A stretch of 64,000 nt of DNA from Spirochaetia bacterium (GCA_963666985.2 CAXXIA010000002.1:1600001-1664000); one strand, 5' to 3'. Counted from the first letter of the stretch, positions 20,153 to 31,119 are shown. Made by a program: numbers and translations. Notes: generated by a model not told the origin, from the sequence alone.

Positions 20153-20674
20153 TTAACCGTCCGATTCGTTCTCTTTCTCGGCGGCCGCGCCGGTTTGTTC
20201 TTCATCCTCGCCTGCGCCGGCTGCAGCGGCCTCTTCGGAGGCGTCGGTAACGCCGGCGGATTCCAATTCCTCATCCGTGTTTTCAGCCGCCTTCTCGGCC
20301 GTCAGTCTGTCATGGCAGGCGGGACAGGCATTATCGTCCATGAAATAAATCGTCCGGAATTCGAGCGATTTGCCGCATTCAACGCATTTCAGACTGTAGG
20401 GAAACACCTTGTCCCGAAACGCGACAAGAGCGGTGATCACCACAATAACGGCAATCCAGAGATAGAGATCTTTCAGATCCCTTTCCGCGATAAATGCCGC
20501 CGCCGAAGTTACGACGAAAACGGCGATTGCCTGAATCAAAGACGCCATACGTTTTTTGAGGGCGGCCTGTCCGTAGCGGCGAAACATTAAATTGGGCACA
20601 AGCATTACAACCAATGGCCAAATGCCGCCTTGAGCTATCCACGATGAGATTTGATTTCCGTTAATCAGGTCCAT
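20153..20674 (-). CDS. Hypothetical membrane protein with CxxC...CxxC motif and acidic tail
   Basis: Three hydrophobic segments, CVEC...CPAC. Confidence 0.55.
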   Translation of the reverse strand: MDLINGNQISSWIAQGGIWPLVVMLVPNLMFRRYGQAALKKRMASLIQAIAVFVVTSAAAFIAERDLKDLYLWIAVIVVITALVAFRDKVFPYSLKCVECGKSLEFRTIYFMDDNACPACHDRLTAEKAAENTDEELESAGVTDASEEAAAAGAGEDEEQTGAAAEKENESDG

Positions 20675-20770
20675 AGGGGCCTTATGATAATCTCTCGGAG
20701 TCTCCGGGTCGAGGCTTTTCGTCCGGCATTACAGCTCCGCTGAACACCGCCGCGCCGCACCGGCACCACA

Positions 20771-21640
20771 TCATCCCTTCACGGCCCCGGCGGCAATCCC
20801 CTTGATGTAATACTTCTGCATGGATAAAAAGAGAATCACCACAGGCGTCGCCGTTAAAACCAAGGACGCCGTCTGCCCGCCGTAGTCCGTGGAGAAGGTC
20901 CCGGTAAAGTTGGAAAACTGGAAAAGTACAAGGGTCCCCTTCTTCAGAATAATGAAGGGCAGAAGGAAATCGTTCCAAACCCAAATCAAATCCAAAATCC
21001 CCACCGTAACGGTAATGGACGTCAGCAGGGGAAACACAACCTGGAAAAACGTTCGGAACGGACCCGCGCCGTCGATGGACGCCGACTCTTCGAGCGTGGC
21101 GGGAACACCTTTAATAAATCCATGATAGAAGAATACGCCCGTGGGCGCGCCCAGGCCGAGGTACATCAGAACGAGCCCGAACAGACTCATGGAACTCATG
21201 TCCGTAGCCAAAACCACCAGGGGCACCATAATCACCTGGAACGGAATAACAAGAAAGAAAGCGAAAAAGAAAAACAGAAATCCCGAAAGAGCGCCCACAT
21301 TGCGAACCAGGGCCCAGGCCGCCATGGAACTGATCAGGATGATTCCCGTTACGCTGATCGCCGCGACAACGAAGGTATTCAGCAGGGCCCGAAAAAACGT
21401 AATGCCGTCTCCCGAAACGGTCAGAACCCGATGGAAGTTCTCCAATGTCACCTTCGACGGAAAGCCTATGGGATTGGTGGTAATCTCGCTGCCGATCTTG
21501 AACGCGTTAATGAACACAAAGACCACGGGGTAAATAAACACAAGCGCGGCGATAATCATGAAGATTTCCAAAACGAGAAGAATCGTTTTACGGCGGCGAA
21601 GTCCGCCGCGGTTATTCCGCTTTTGAAGGTTCTTCATCAC
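20771..21640 (-). CDS. Carbohydrate ABC transporter permease (MalG-like)
   Basis: LEESASIDGAG EAA motif, WVWNDFLLP, KGIAAGAVKG. Confidence 0.93.
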   Translation of the reverse strand: MMKNLQKRNNRGGLRRRKTILLVLEIFMIIAALVFIYPVVFVFINAFKIGSEITTNPIGFPSKVTLENFHRVLTVSGDGITFFRALLNTFVVAAISVTGIILISSMAAWALVRNVGALSGFLFFFFAFFLVIPFQVIMVPLVVLATDMSSMSLFGLVLMYLGLGAPTGVFFYHGFIKGVPATLEESASIDGAGPFRTFFQVVFPLLTSITVTVGILDLIWVWNDFLLPFIILKKGTLVLFQFSNFTGTFSTDYGGQTASLVLTATPVVILFLSMQKYYIKGIAAGAVKG

Positions 21641-23181
21641 AGTTCCACCTCCTTGTTCTTCGTGGCGCGAAGCTGGAGTCCCGTAACGAGTCCTATGGCC
21701 AGCATGAGCAGAATGGCCTTGGCGTTCGCCATGCCGGCCTGCCGGTCGACGAATGCGTTTCGGTAAATATTGATGGTCAGATTCTCCACGCCCATATTCC
21801 TCGTTGTGGACGGATAGAGGGCGAAAATAATATCGAAGGTTTTCAGAGATCCGGAAATGCTTAAAAAGAGCGCGATGGTGAAAGCCGGAACCAGCATGGG
21901 CAGAATGATTTTCGAAAATCTTCGGAAACCGCCGGCGCCGTCTATGGCGGCCGATTCAAGAATGTCCTGAGGAACATTCTGAAGTCCGGCCAGATAAATA
22001 ATCATGTAATACCCCATTCCCTGCCAGGTAGCCACCACGACGGTGAGAACGGGAGCCACATCGGGGTTGGAAAGCCAGCGGTCCATCCCCGTGAGAATCG
22101 GAAAAACATGACTGAACACCAATTGCCAGATGAAGGCGACGACAATCATGGACAAAACGTTGGGGATAAAAAAAACGGAACGAAGAATATTTTTCGTCTT
22201 TATCTTCTGATCCAGAGCCAGAGCGATGAGAAGAGCCGAAAGATTCACCAGAAGAACGTTGAAAAAGGAAAAGAAGACCGTAAAGAGCAGAACACCCATC
22301 CGGCGGCTCTCAACGAACCAATTCTCATTCAGGACACGCTTCAGTCTGGCCGCATCAAATAACTCCCGGGCTCCGCGCTCAAGGGCCTCCATGGATTCGC
22401 TGCCGATGGTACCCTCCCGTACGGCAGGAATGGTGCTTCGGGCAATGGCCGCAATATCAGGAGAGTCACCTTCCAATCCGGCTTCTTCTACCGCATCCAG
22501 GAAGGGTTCCCAAAAATCCCCCACATCCTCAAGCTCAATAAGTTCGCCGGCGATGGCGAATTTCTGTCCCTTCCGAGGAAAACGGCCGGAATCAAGGAGA
22601 TAGAAATCCCCGTCTTTTTTGTAGAGACTCTCTATAAAGGCTTTATCTTCGGAATCCCGAATTCGAACCAGAAAATAGTCCTCGAATTCCTCAATCGGTA
22701 TCGCCGCGGCCTTACTCAAAGGATCCCCCGTTTTAAAACGGTTCACCCGGACTTTCCGCGGCCAGAACGCCGGATCCGATTCGCTGGAGAAAACGGAACG
22801 GTAATTGGTCAATCCGACAAAATGGAAATTATCATTAACGTAACCGGCCGATGAGAAGGCCGCCATGGCCCGATATTTTCGCAAGCCCCGGAGATTCCGC
22901 CCCCCGGTCTCCTGCTTACGGTACGTTCCCTGCCCGTCGTCACGAAGATAAAACCCGAGCAGAAACTCCCGCTGAGAACTCGTCAGATCGGGAAGAATCT
23001 CGTTCTCAAAAACATCGATGGGAATTTGTACCGGAACCCAGGGACTTACACCGTCCCAATTGGTCGTGGAAAGCCAAGTTCCCATGAATAGAGGAATAAT
23101 GGCAAAAATAATATAAAGAGCGAGCGCCGGAGTAACGAAAACTGCGAACGTCGTCCATTTCTTCGTTTTATTTATTACCAT
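21637..23181 (-). CDS. Carbohydrate ABC transporter permease (MalF-like) with large extracytoplasmic insertions
   Basis: STTNWDG...FVGLTNY, YLAGLQNVP, ESAAIDGAG, LKTFD. Confidence 0.9.
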   Translation of the reverse strand: MVINKTKKWTTFAVFVTPALALYIIFAIIPLFMGTWLSTTNWDGVSPWVPVQIPIDVFENEILPDLTSSQREFLLGFYLRDDGQGTYRKQETGGRNLRGLRKYRAMAAFSSAGYVNDNFHFVGLTNYRSVFSSESDPAFWPRKVRVNRFKTGDPLSKAAAIPIEEFEDYFLVRIRDSEDKAFIESLYKKDGDFYLLDSGRFPRKGQKFAIAGELIELEDVGDFWEPFLDAVEEAGLEGDSPDIAAIARSTIPAVREGTIGSESMEALERGARELFDAARLKRVLNENWFVESRRMGVLLFTVFFSFFNVLLVNLSALLIALALDQKIKTKNILRSVFFIPNVLSMIVVAFIWQLVFSHVFPILTGMDRWLSNPDVAPVLTVVVATWQGMGYYMIIYLAGLQNVPQDILESAAIDGAGGFRRFSKIILPMLVPAFTIALFLSISGSLKTFDIIFALYPSTTRNMGVENLTINIYRNAFVDRQAGMANAKAILLMLAIGLVTGLQLRATKNKEVEL

Positions 23182-23240
23182 ACGGCCTTCCTCATTCTCA
23201 ATTTCGGTTTTATTTTAGTTCTTAACAGGCTTCATTTGTT

Positions 23241-23277
23241 AAAAAGAAAGGCGAACGCCGATTCGGTGTTCGCCTTT
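23241..23277 (-). terminator. Intra-operonic hairpin/terminator after the substrate-binding protein gene
   Basis: AAAGGCGAACGCCGA/TCGGTGTTCGCCTTT stem followed on the minus strand by a T-rich tract. Confidence 0.7.
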
Positions 23278-23337
23278 TCAATCCTTTAAATCGTGTTGAA
23301 GGCGCCGGCGGTAAGGACGCCGACTGTCTCCGGACGA

Positions 23338-24621
23338 TTACGGTACATAGTTTTTAACCCAGGATTCATTAATGCCGGCAACGACTTCCTCGGCGCTGGC
23401 GGTACCGAGAACATAGCTGTGAGCACCGTTCTTCGTTGCCTGTTCCCAAGTAGGCGTGGGACAAAGCTGAAATTCCCAAGGGTAGGCACCGGTTGCCGAA
23501 CTGGTCATCAAATCCTGGAAGGGCTTCTGCATACCGCTGAGGTCGGCGCCTTTAAAGGTGGACGTCAGCTTAATATCCTCGGTCCATATCTTTACGGCTT
23601 CAGGAGCATTCAGCCAATTGACAAACAGAAGAGCCCCTTCCTGCTCTTCGGGAGAGGACTGAGCGGATAAGGTGAAGGTGGAATCCACGTCGGCGAAAAA
23701 TTTATTCTCAGCGGCCTTGTTGGACCATGGGAAAGGAATAAAGCCGCAGTTCAAGGCGGGGTTTGTGCCGATGGCGGCGCCGTAAGACCAGAGTCCCTGG
23801 ACCATCATGGCGGCTTTTTCCTGCGCGAACGCGGCTTGCTGTTCGTCCCAGTTCATTTCGAACGCCGATTCGTCCATGTTCGCGACATACCAGTCGATAA
23901 TTCGGAACATTTTCTGCGTATCCACCACGGCACCCCAGTCGGCATCGCCGGTATTCATCTTGGCCGCGAACTCGGCAACGCCGCCGCCGCCGACTTTGGC
24001 CCCCAGCATGGAACCATGCAGCATCGAAAGAAAATGTCCGATGGACCAGTTTTCTTTAAGCAAACCGGCAAAGGGAGTAACACCGTTCTCTTTCAACGTT
24101 GCGGCAGCCTGCTGAAGTTCCAGATATGTGGTGGGAGGCTTAAGGCCGTATTTGTTGAAAATATCAATATTATAAATAATACCGATTCCCGCGAAATCCA
24201 TGGGAACCGCGTACTTCTTGCCGTTGTAGGTAACCGCCGGAAGAGCCGCGTCAATCACCTGACTCATAATCGGCTGACCGCTTAAATCCAGGATGTACCC
24301 GTTTTTAGCGTTTTCGATGATTGCCGACCAGCCGGGCTGCTGCATAATGTCCGGTAAGGTTCCGGCGGCGGCCGCGGCGGCATTCGTCGCCCCTCCGTCG
24401 TTGGGATGAATTTCCGTTACTATGGTAACATTGGGATATTTGGCGCTGAAGGCATCCAGCAGAATCGGAAGGCTGTCGGTAATTTCCTGCTTATAGTAGC
24501 TCATACTGAGCTCAATCGGGGGTTTTTCTTCCGCGCCGACAGCCTTCTCTTTCTTCGAACAGCCGGTGAAAGCCAGAGCAATCACCAAAACGACAATGAA
24601 AACGAGCGATAGTTTTTTCAT
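23338..24621 (-). CDS. Carbohydrate ABC transporter substrate-binding lipoprotein
   Basis: Lipobox FTGC, YNGKKYAVP, IIYNIDIF, KAAMMVQGLW. Confidence 0.92.
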   Translation of the reverse strand: MKKLSLVFIVVLVIALAFTGCSKKEKAVGAEEKPPIELSMSYYKQEITDSLPILLDAFSAKYPNVTIVTEIHPNDGGATNAAAAAAGTLPDIMQQPGWSAIIENAKNGYILDLSGQPIMSQVIDAALPAVTYNGKKYAVPMDFAGIGIIYNIDIFNKYGLKPPTTYLELQQAAATLKENGVTPFAGLLKENWSIGHFLSMLHGSMLGAKVGGGGVAEFAAKMNTGDADWGAVVDTQKMFRIIDWYVANMDESAFEMNWDEQQAAFAQEKAAMMVQGLWSYGAAIGTNPALNCGFIPFPWSNKAAENKFFADVDSTFTLSAQSSPEEQEGALLFVNWLNAPEAVKIWTEDIKLTSTFKGADLSGMQKPFQDLMTSSATGAYPWEFQLCPTPTWEQATKNGAHSYVLGTASAEEVVAGINESWVKNYVP

Positions 24622-24736
24622 GATTTTCTCCTTTCTGTTTTAAGAGTCTTTTAGTTCGGAATAATCCCGAACTCCCCTTTAAATTGTAGTTGATCGGCAT
24701 AACCGCCGACTCAAAATCAAACGCACATCACATTAC

Positions 24737-24785
24737 GTGCAAGCCCTTGCACAAACATTTTCCCCTCACGCGCAGGCGCTGTCAA
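24737..24785 (-). promoter_or_regulatory. Sigma70 promoter with overlapping LacI-type operator for the sugar ABC operon
   Basis: Minus strand TTGACA (24785-24780), 17 nt, GAAAAT (24762-24757); palindrome GTGCAAG-CC-CTTGCAC (24737-24752) over the predicted start site. Confidence 0.7.
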
Positions 24786-25000
24786 GAAAAACTACGGTTA
24801 AGAATCAATTTTCAACGTAATCCGATGCTGATTTCCCCTGAAATCCTCTTAATTCGGTCCATCATAAGTCAGGATTGCTGACGATTTACCCCGGATCGAC
24901 TCAAATTCGATATAAATATGGACATCCACACGAAAAACACTCATTCCTTTTGCATAAATTGTTTGGCAAATCAATGCAAATCTGACATTATTCATCTGAA

Positions 25001-26017
25001 ATGCGCGTTACCATCAATGAAGTTGCACAAAAAGCCGATGTCTCAACCTCCACCGTCTCCAGGGTTATCCACGACAATCCGAGAATCAGCGACGAAACAA
25101 AATCCAGGGTTCGAGCCGCTATGAAGGAACTGGGATACTACCCCAATGCCCTGGCCAGAGGATTGGCGAATTCGACAACCAGAAATTTAGGACTGATTCT
25201 TCCCAACTCCAGTGAAGATCTCTTCCTGAATCCATTCTTCATTGAAGCCATACGGGGAATCGGCGTTGAGTCGCAGGGTCGGGGATACAACATAATGTTC
25301 TCCTTTTCAAACAATGAAGAGGAAGAAGTCGGATTCATCCGCAACTATATAAAAAGCCGATGGGTCGACGGCATTATCCTTCTGACGATTCGGGAAAACG
25401 ACCGATGCGTCGCGTATCTTCAAGAAAAGAACTTTCCCTTCGTGGTCATCGGCCGCCCGGACAAAGCCGATGACGCACTTTGGGTGAACAACGATAATTT
25501 CCACGCCGTCTATGAAGTCGTGAACTTGCTGGCTGATCGCGGATACCGCTCCATGGCCTTTATCGGCGGTCCCGAATCCTTCAGCGTAACTCGCGATCGC
25601 CTGGACGGCTTCAAGAAAGCCCTTTCCGTCCGCGGAATCCCTGTGAATCAAAACCTAATCGGTCTGGGTTCGAATTTTTCCGAAGAAGAAGGCCGTCGAA
25701 ACATGAAAGCAATCCTATCGTCAGGCAGCCGGCCCGACGCCGTGGTTACCACCGACGACCACATCGCGTTCGGCGTCCTGGCGGCCTTGGCAGACGAAGG
25801 AATTCAGGATGTTGCGGTTACCGGATTCAACAACACCATGCGCGGACGCTACCAGTCCCCCACCCTGACCTCCGTGGACGTCAATCCCGCGGAGCTGGGC
25901 CGAAACGCCGCATCCCTGCTCATCGAAGCCGTAACGGGCACGATCGGCGCAGGCTCCCGTCACCGAATCGTGGAAACAAAGCTCATCGAACGGGAATCGA
26001 CCGAATGCCGTTCTTGA
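25001..26017 (+). CDS. LacI family transcriptional regulator (MalR-like)
   Basis: TINEVAQKADVSTSTVSRV HTH, LGYYPNALARGL hinge, periplasmic-binding-fold core. Confidence 0.95.
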   Translation: MRVTINEVAQKADVSTSTVSRVIHDNPRISDETKSRVRAAMKELGYYPNALARGLANSTTRNLGLILPNSSEDLFLNPFFIEAIRGIGVESQGRGYNIMFSFSNNEEEEVGFIRNYIKSRWVDGIILLTIRENDRCVAYLQEKNFPFVVIGRPDKADDALWVNNDNFHAVYEVVNLLADRGYRSMAFIGGPESFSVTRDRLDGFKKALSVRGIPVNQNLIGLGSNFSEEEGRRNMKAILSSGSRPDAVVTTDDHIAFGVLAALADEGIQDVAVTGFNNTMRGRYQSPTLTSVDVNPAELGRNAASLLIEAVTGTIGAGSRHRIVETKLIERESTECRS

Positions 26018-26114
26018 ATGAAAAAAGCTGCGCACCCCCCGAACCTTACTTTGTCCGCATTATTTCAATCCGTCCGCTCCTGAGTATCCGGCGTCAAATT
26101 GATATAATAACTGT

Positions 26115-26612
26115 ATGAAGCGCCTCCATATTATTCTCTTCGCTCTGATTCTTCTTCCCGCCGGCATCTTCGCAAGCCCCTGTATCGTCCCGTCGGCAGG
26201 AATAAACGTTGATGTCGCACTCCAGGAATCACCCATTTGGTACGCATCTCTTCAGGTTCCCATAATGTGGACAAATCAGGGACTCGTAGGATTCTCTCTC
26301 GTCCCGTCTTTTTCCTTCAACACAGCGGATTTCCAGGGATTTCTCACCGCCGAAGGAATGTTCGTCTTTCCCTTGGAAGAGAACGGAAAAATCCGGCTGC
26401 TGCTTCATTCGGGTATAGGACTGGGCGGATATCGGCACTCCGGAAGGTCGGAAATCCTTCCTCAGCTTACTTGCGGCACCACACTGCAAATTCATCGATT
26501 CTTCATCCGCCTTTCGGCCGAGGCGATGATAATGACCAAGTATTATCGGAATGTGGATACGTTTGGAACTGTCCTTGTGGGCTATGGATTGGAAAGTGCA
26601 AAAAGTCAATAG
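26115..26612 (+). CDS. Hypothetical exported protein
   Basis: Signal peptide, beta-strand-like pattern. Confidence 0.5.
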   Translation: MKRLHIILFALILLPAGIFASPCIVPSAGINVDVALQESPIWYASLQVPIMWTNQGLVGFSLVPSFSFNTADFQGFLTAEGMFVFPLEENGKIRLLLHSGIGLGGYRHSGRSEILPQLTCGTTLQIHRFFIRLSAEAMIMTKYYRNVDTFGTVLVGYGLESAKSQ

Positions 26613-26783
26613 AAGACAGAAAAAGGAATTTTTTGTGTTTTTTTACTTGACTTATGACAGTCACCGAATTAAAGGAATTTTAAACGGTTGCATACTAAGA
26701 AAAAATACATTCTCGGATGTAGAATGATAATATTGTGAAAATTTTACATCACTCTTTATTAGGTTGAAACAAAAAAAATAATT

Positions 26784-27578
26784 ATGTCCGAGAAGCAAAA
26801 AGCAGCCAATTTCTCAAAAGTCCGTATCGGCAATATCTCTATTGACAATATTTCGATGACCGGCACGCTTGAAAAAATTGATGATTATGTCCGAATGGGT
26901 CAACCTGTCTCAATCGTCACACCAAATGCCGATCATATCGTTCGCCTTCAGAATGACGGAGATTTTTTAAACACATATAAACAATCCGCCCTTATCCTTG
27001 CTGATGGAATGCCGCTTATTTGGGCCTCCAGGCTACTACAGACTCCCTTGGTATCCAGAGTTGCCGGGTCCGATTTATTCATTGAAGTCTGCCGGATTGC
27101 CCCGGAACGGGGATTTCGACTCTTTTTCTTGGGCGGTAGAGAAGGAGCGGCGGAAAAAGCGGTTGATGCAATGAAAGCAAGGTTTGGCGAGATCTCAATC
27201 GTTGGAACCTATTGCCCCCCGTATGGCTTTGAAAACGATAACGCTGAAAATCAGAAAATTGTCGATATCATACGAAACTCCAAGGCGGATATCTTATTCG
27301 TTGGTCTGGGTTCCCCGAAACAAGAAAAATGGATTAATAAACATATCCAAGAAATTTGTGTCCCCGTAAGTATTGGTGTGGGTGTTTCATTCGAATTTGC
27401 TGCCGGAATGGTTAAACGCGCCCCAAAATGGATGCAAAACATCGGTTTGGAGTGGCTTTGGCGACTCCTCATGGAACCAAAGCGGTTATGGAAGCGTTAT
27501 TTAGTTGATGATATGCGTTTTTTTAAAATAATTTTTCGCCAATGGCGAAATGAAAAGCGTTCCCGTCAAGAATCATGA
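26784..27578 (+). CDS. WecB/TagA/CpsF family glycosyltransferase (GT26)
   Basis: TPNADH, ADGMP, RVAGSDL, VGLGSPKQEKW, RAPKWMQNIGLEWLWRL..EPKRLWKRY. Confidence 0.95.
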   Translation: MSEKQKAANFSKVRIGNISIDNISMTGTLEKIDDYVRMGQPVSIVTPNADHIVRLQNDGDFLNTYKQSALILADGMPLIWASRLLQTPLVSRVAGSDLFIEVCRIAPERGFRLFFLGGREGAAEKAVDAMKARFGEISIVGTYCPPYGFENDNAENQKIVDIIRNSKADILFVGLGSPKQEKWINKHIQEICVPVSIGVGVSFEFAAGMVKRAPKWMQNIGLEWLWRLLMEPKRLWKRYLVDDMRFFKIIFRQWRNEKRSRQES

Positions 27579-27731
27579 TTGTATTTCTTTTTTTAAATAA
27601 AGAAATCCTATGCCATCGATGCACAAAAAACTGATTTATGAATATTCTAATTAATTACAGTAAACATTTGAAGAGGCTTCGTTAGCACAGGTTTGTTAAT
27701 CATTCCTTCGGCTTTAATCGGAATCTGCAAA

Positions 27732-28628
27732 TCAAGCACCTTCCGGGAACCAGTTATTTCGTCCCTTTATCCAAGGAAAAAGACGGCTCATCTGCTCTCT
27801 CCGAACAAAGTGAGCTTCGTTTTCAGGCAATTGCCGTTCCAAACGATTTAAGGCGGCAATATAATAACCTAGCAGCCGGAGTAACCCCGAAAGGATATAA
27901 GGTTTCTCAATAAATGCTCTTTTAACACATTTTGCATGAATAAACAGCGGATGCATACTCAGGCAATAATCTGTTTTCCCAAGATTAATTCGAGCCTTAA
28001 GTATACCGGAAGAATTTCCGGTTCCCAATGGTCTATTATGGGTAACAACAATCGAAGGAAAAGACCACGTTTCCCATCCGTTTAAACGAGCGGCGATCTC
28101 CATTCTCGAATCTTCACCGCCATACTTAAACGGGATGTAGCCGCCAAGAACTTCAAAGCATTCTCTACGAAAAACTTGAAGAGCTTTGGGCGTCGATCGA
28201 CGATCTATATTAATAATCTTTATTTTCCCTTTATGAGATTCCTGATAAACACCCGTTGCAATTCCCAATTCCGGAAACTTTGTCATTTTTTTATAGATCT
28301 GTTCGTAATAATTTTCTACAAGTTCGATATCAGCATCCAGAATAGCAAGATATTCATAATCTGTAACACCGGCCTCTTCAATACCATAATTTATAGCAAA
28401 AACATTACTGCTATAATATGTTTGACCCGGTACTCGTTTTCGATCCAACAACCGTATCCAATTATTATCTTTTAAATATTTTGATACAATGTTTTTTGAC
28501 TGATCAAGAGAACCATCATCTACGATGATCCATTGAATTGGTTTAATTGTCTGGGAGAGAACACTTCTAATTGTTTTTTCAATATAGCGTTCTTCATTAA
28601 ACATTGGTGTAATAATGATATATTTCAT
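27732..28628 (-). CDS. Glycosyltransferase family 2
   Basis: IITPMFNEE, IVDDGSLD, LDAD, GGED. Confidence 0.9.
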   Translation of the reverse strand: MKYIIITPMFNEERYIEKTIRSVLSQTIKPIQWIIVDDGSLDQSKNIVSKYLKDNNWIRLLDRKRVPGQTYYSSNVFAINYGIEEAGVTDYEYLAILDADIELVENYYEQIYKKMTKFPELGIATGVYQESHKGKIKIINIDRRSTPKALQVFRRECFEVLGGYIPFKYGGEDSRMEIAARLNGWETWSFPSIVVTHNRPLGTGNSSGILKARINLGKTDYCLSMHPLFIHAKCVKRAFIEKPYILSGLLRLLGYYIAALNRLERQLPENEAHFVRREQMSRLFPWIKGRNNWFPEGA

Positions 28629-28891
28629 CTGATGTTCTCTAACGGATCCTTTATAAAAATTAGGCTGAAAACGCATTAAAATCCAATCGGGCAATAATAC
28701 AATAATGCAAGAATAACACTATTTTTTCAGCCCTTTTCGCGATTGTAATATTTCATAATTAAACAAGATCTACAATCACTTCAATCATGAAATTGCTTTC
28801 AAGTCATGATGTTAATAGCTGTTTTTTTCTCATTTCCATCAATCCGGTTCCGATGATATCGGGTTACATTCATCAATTCTCTTCCAACAGA

Positions 28892-29875
28892 CTACTTATA
28901 TTCAATAATCGTATTCTTTCGGCGGAACCGATTATTTATACGATACTTACACAAACCAATAAATTGAGGTAATTTGGCCGCCATACAATGAATTGAATAA
29001 ATCACGGCTTCATTCTTTTTTAATCCTTGCCTCCGCCAAAGAGATAGAAAGATTTTCACTGTCATTAACGGGTAAACAATAAGGAAAAATAAACCCCTTC
29101 CGCCAAGTAGAATCAAGAAGATAACGGTAATCAGCGGAATTACCCCTATCCAAAAAAGAAGACTTCGCTTTTCCTTAACATAATAATGCTCCCGAGAGCG
29201 ACCATACATGGAAGAGCCCAAAGCATAGGCATATCCTCCTCTCATGGAACGACGCCACCATTGAAAAAAATGCGTCATCGCGACATCATGAAACCCCATT
29301 TCGTCTGGGATTCTCCATATTTTATAGCCGATGGAACGAATTCTTATGCACAGTTCCCCCTCTTCTCCTGCGATAACGGTCTTATTCATTCCACCAAGAC
29401 GGCGATATACTTCTGATCGAACTACAAAAATCCCGCCGCAGGCTTCTATTTCGCCTACAGGGCCCCTCCATTCGATATCACAAATCCTATTATAAATAGT
29501 CTTCTCGGGATATTGTTCATAAAGAAATCCGCAGACAACCGCGACGTTCTTCGATTCGTTAAGAAAAGAGACTGCCTTCTCCAGCCATCCGTTACTCAGC
29601 TCACAGTCTCCGTCAACAAATTGGACGTATTCAAGCTCAGGGTATCGTTCCGTCAGCTTTTCAAAGCCCTCGTTCCTTCCGCGGGCTGCTGAAAATGGCT
29701 CATCGGCGCTAAGCTCCCATACAAGCACGCCCATTTCTTTCGCCAAAAAAACACTATTGTCCGAAGAACCCGAATCAACATAGATAACCTTCTCGGTAAC
29801 ATGTAAAACGGACTTCAAACAAAGCGGAAGACGCTTGCCCTCATTTCTTCCGATAACAACGACACCGATATTCAT
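28892..29875 (-). CDS. Glycosyltransferase family 2
   Basis: IGVVVIGRNEG, YVDSGSSD, FSAARGRNEG, FVDGD, AGEEGELC. Confidence 0.9.
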   Translation of the reverse strand: MNIGVVVIGRNEGKRLPLCLKSVLHVTEKVIYVDSGSSDNSVFLAKEMGVLVWELSADEPFSAARGRNEGFEKLTERYPELEYVQFVDGDCELSNGWLEKAVSFLNESKNVAVVCGFLYEQYPEKTIYNRICDIEWRGPVGEIEACGGIFVVRSEVYRRLGGMNKTVIAGEEGELCIRIRSIGYKIWRIPDEMGFHDVAMTHFFQWWRRSMRGGYAYALGSSMYGRSREHYYVKEKRSLLFWIGVIPLITVIFLILLGGRGLFFLIVYPLMTVKIFLSLWRRQGLKKNEAVIYSIHCMAAKLPQFIGLCKYRINNRFRRKNTIIEYK

Positions 29876-31119
29876 ATACTTTTCACTTCCGTTCTTTCCG
29901 ATGGATGTAAAATATCTTCAAAGAAGTTCGCCATGCTTCGACAATTTTTTCTCAGATCATAATCTTCCAGAATTGTTTTCCTTCCGCTTTCACCAAGCCG
30001 CTTTCTTTTTGAAGGATCATTTATGAGGTCTCGAATAGCCTCTACCAGCGACGTGGTTTCGGAGGCATAGACAAGCCGGCCATTCTCGCCGTCCCGGATC
30101 AACTCCGGGATTCCGTTTATATATGTGGATATCGTTGCAATGCCTTTAGCCATTGATTCCATAAGAACCACGGGCAAGCCTTCGGCAAAACTGGGAAGAA
30201 TGAAAATATCAGCTTTATCGTAGTATTGATGAACTTCCGCTTGTCCAACGGCACCGGTAAAGCTAACGGCCTCTTCCCAGCCATGCTCCGCTACGGCTCG
30301 CTCTAATCCCGCACGATCCGGGCCGTCGCCAACAAATGTCAAATGAACATTTAGACCTTCCGAAAGGAGAAGTCCAACCGCCTCCAGAAGAATATGCTGA
30401 CCCTTAGCCGGAACAAGACGACCCAGGCAGAGAATCTCTGGAATATTATTGCCGGGTTCGGGCCGAAGATCGAAAACATCGGGATCAATTCCACAGCGTA
30501 TAATTCGAAATTTGGTCCAATCCTCTGTCGGAACAAGGCGCATGGCTTGACTGCAGCAATAATGACTGATACATCGAACACCGGCCGCTCTCTGAATCTT
30601 ACGAACCAACGCGTTCCCGGGAATGTCGAAAAAAACATCCGGTCCATGGAGACTAATGCTGTACTCAAAAGATCCATAACTCGCGGCAATCATCGCAACC
30701 GTGGCCGCAGGATTCGCAAAATGAACATGAAGATGAACGGCTTCATTTCTTTTCATCCAGCGAATTATAAGGACGGCCTCGAAGAAGTACATTGTTCTTT
30801 TAATCCAAGAAACCGAAGTCTCATCCAATAACCTATGCGCATTAATAAATAAGCGCAAATAGCGAAAAGGAGAAGAAAAGAAAAGACTTAGGTGATCCCT
30901 AAAGACAGTCATCTTCCCGGCCGACTTAATATAAAAGGTCTCTTGTTTGTCCCGCTGTTCTTCGGGGGTCATTCTTTCAACATTCTTTGAATCGTTAATA
31001 GATGCTGTTATAACACTATACCCCCGGTCGCGAAGAATCCGTACCTCTCGAAAAATAAAGGTATGAGAGATAGCCGGGTACTCGCTCGCAAGATAGCCAA
31101 TTTTTTGATTAGTTATCAT
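29872..31119 (-). CDS. Glycosyltransferase family 4 (WcaL-like)
   Basis: YPAISHTFIFRE, HLHVHFAN, GRLVPAKG, PSFAEGLPVVLMESMA. Confidence 0.92.
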   Translation of the reverse strand: MITNQKIGYLASEYPAISHTFIFREVRILRDRGYSVITASINDSKNVERMTPEEQRDKQETFYIKSAGKMTVFRDHLSLFFSSPFRYLRLFINAHRLLDETSVSWIKRTMYFFEAVLIIRWMKRNEAVHLHVHFANPAATVAMIAASYGSFEYSISLHGPDVFFDIPGNALVRKIQRAAGVRCISHYCCSQAMRLVPTEDWTKFRIIRCGIDPDVFDLRPEPGNNIPEILCLGRLVPAKGQHILLEAVGLLLSEGLNVHLTFVGDGPDRAGLERAVAEHGWEEAVSFTGAVGQAEVHQYYDKADIFILPSFAEGLPVVLMESMAKGIATISTYINGIPELIRDGENGRLVYASETTSLVEAIRDLINDPSKRKRLGESGRKTILEDYDLRKNCRSMANFFEDILHPSERTEVKSI

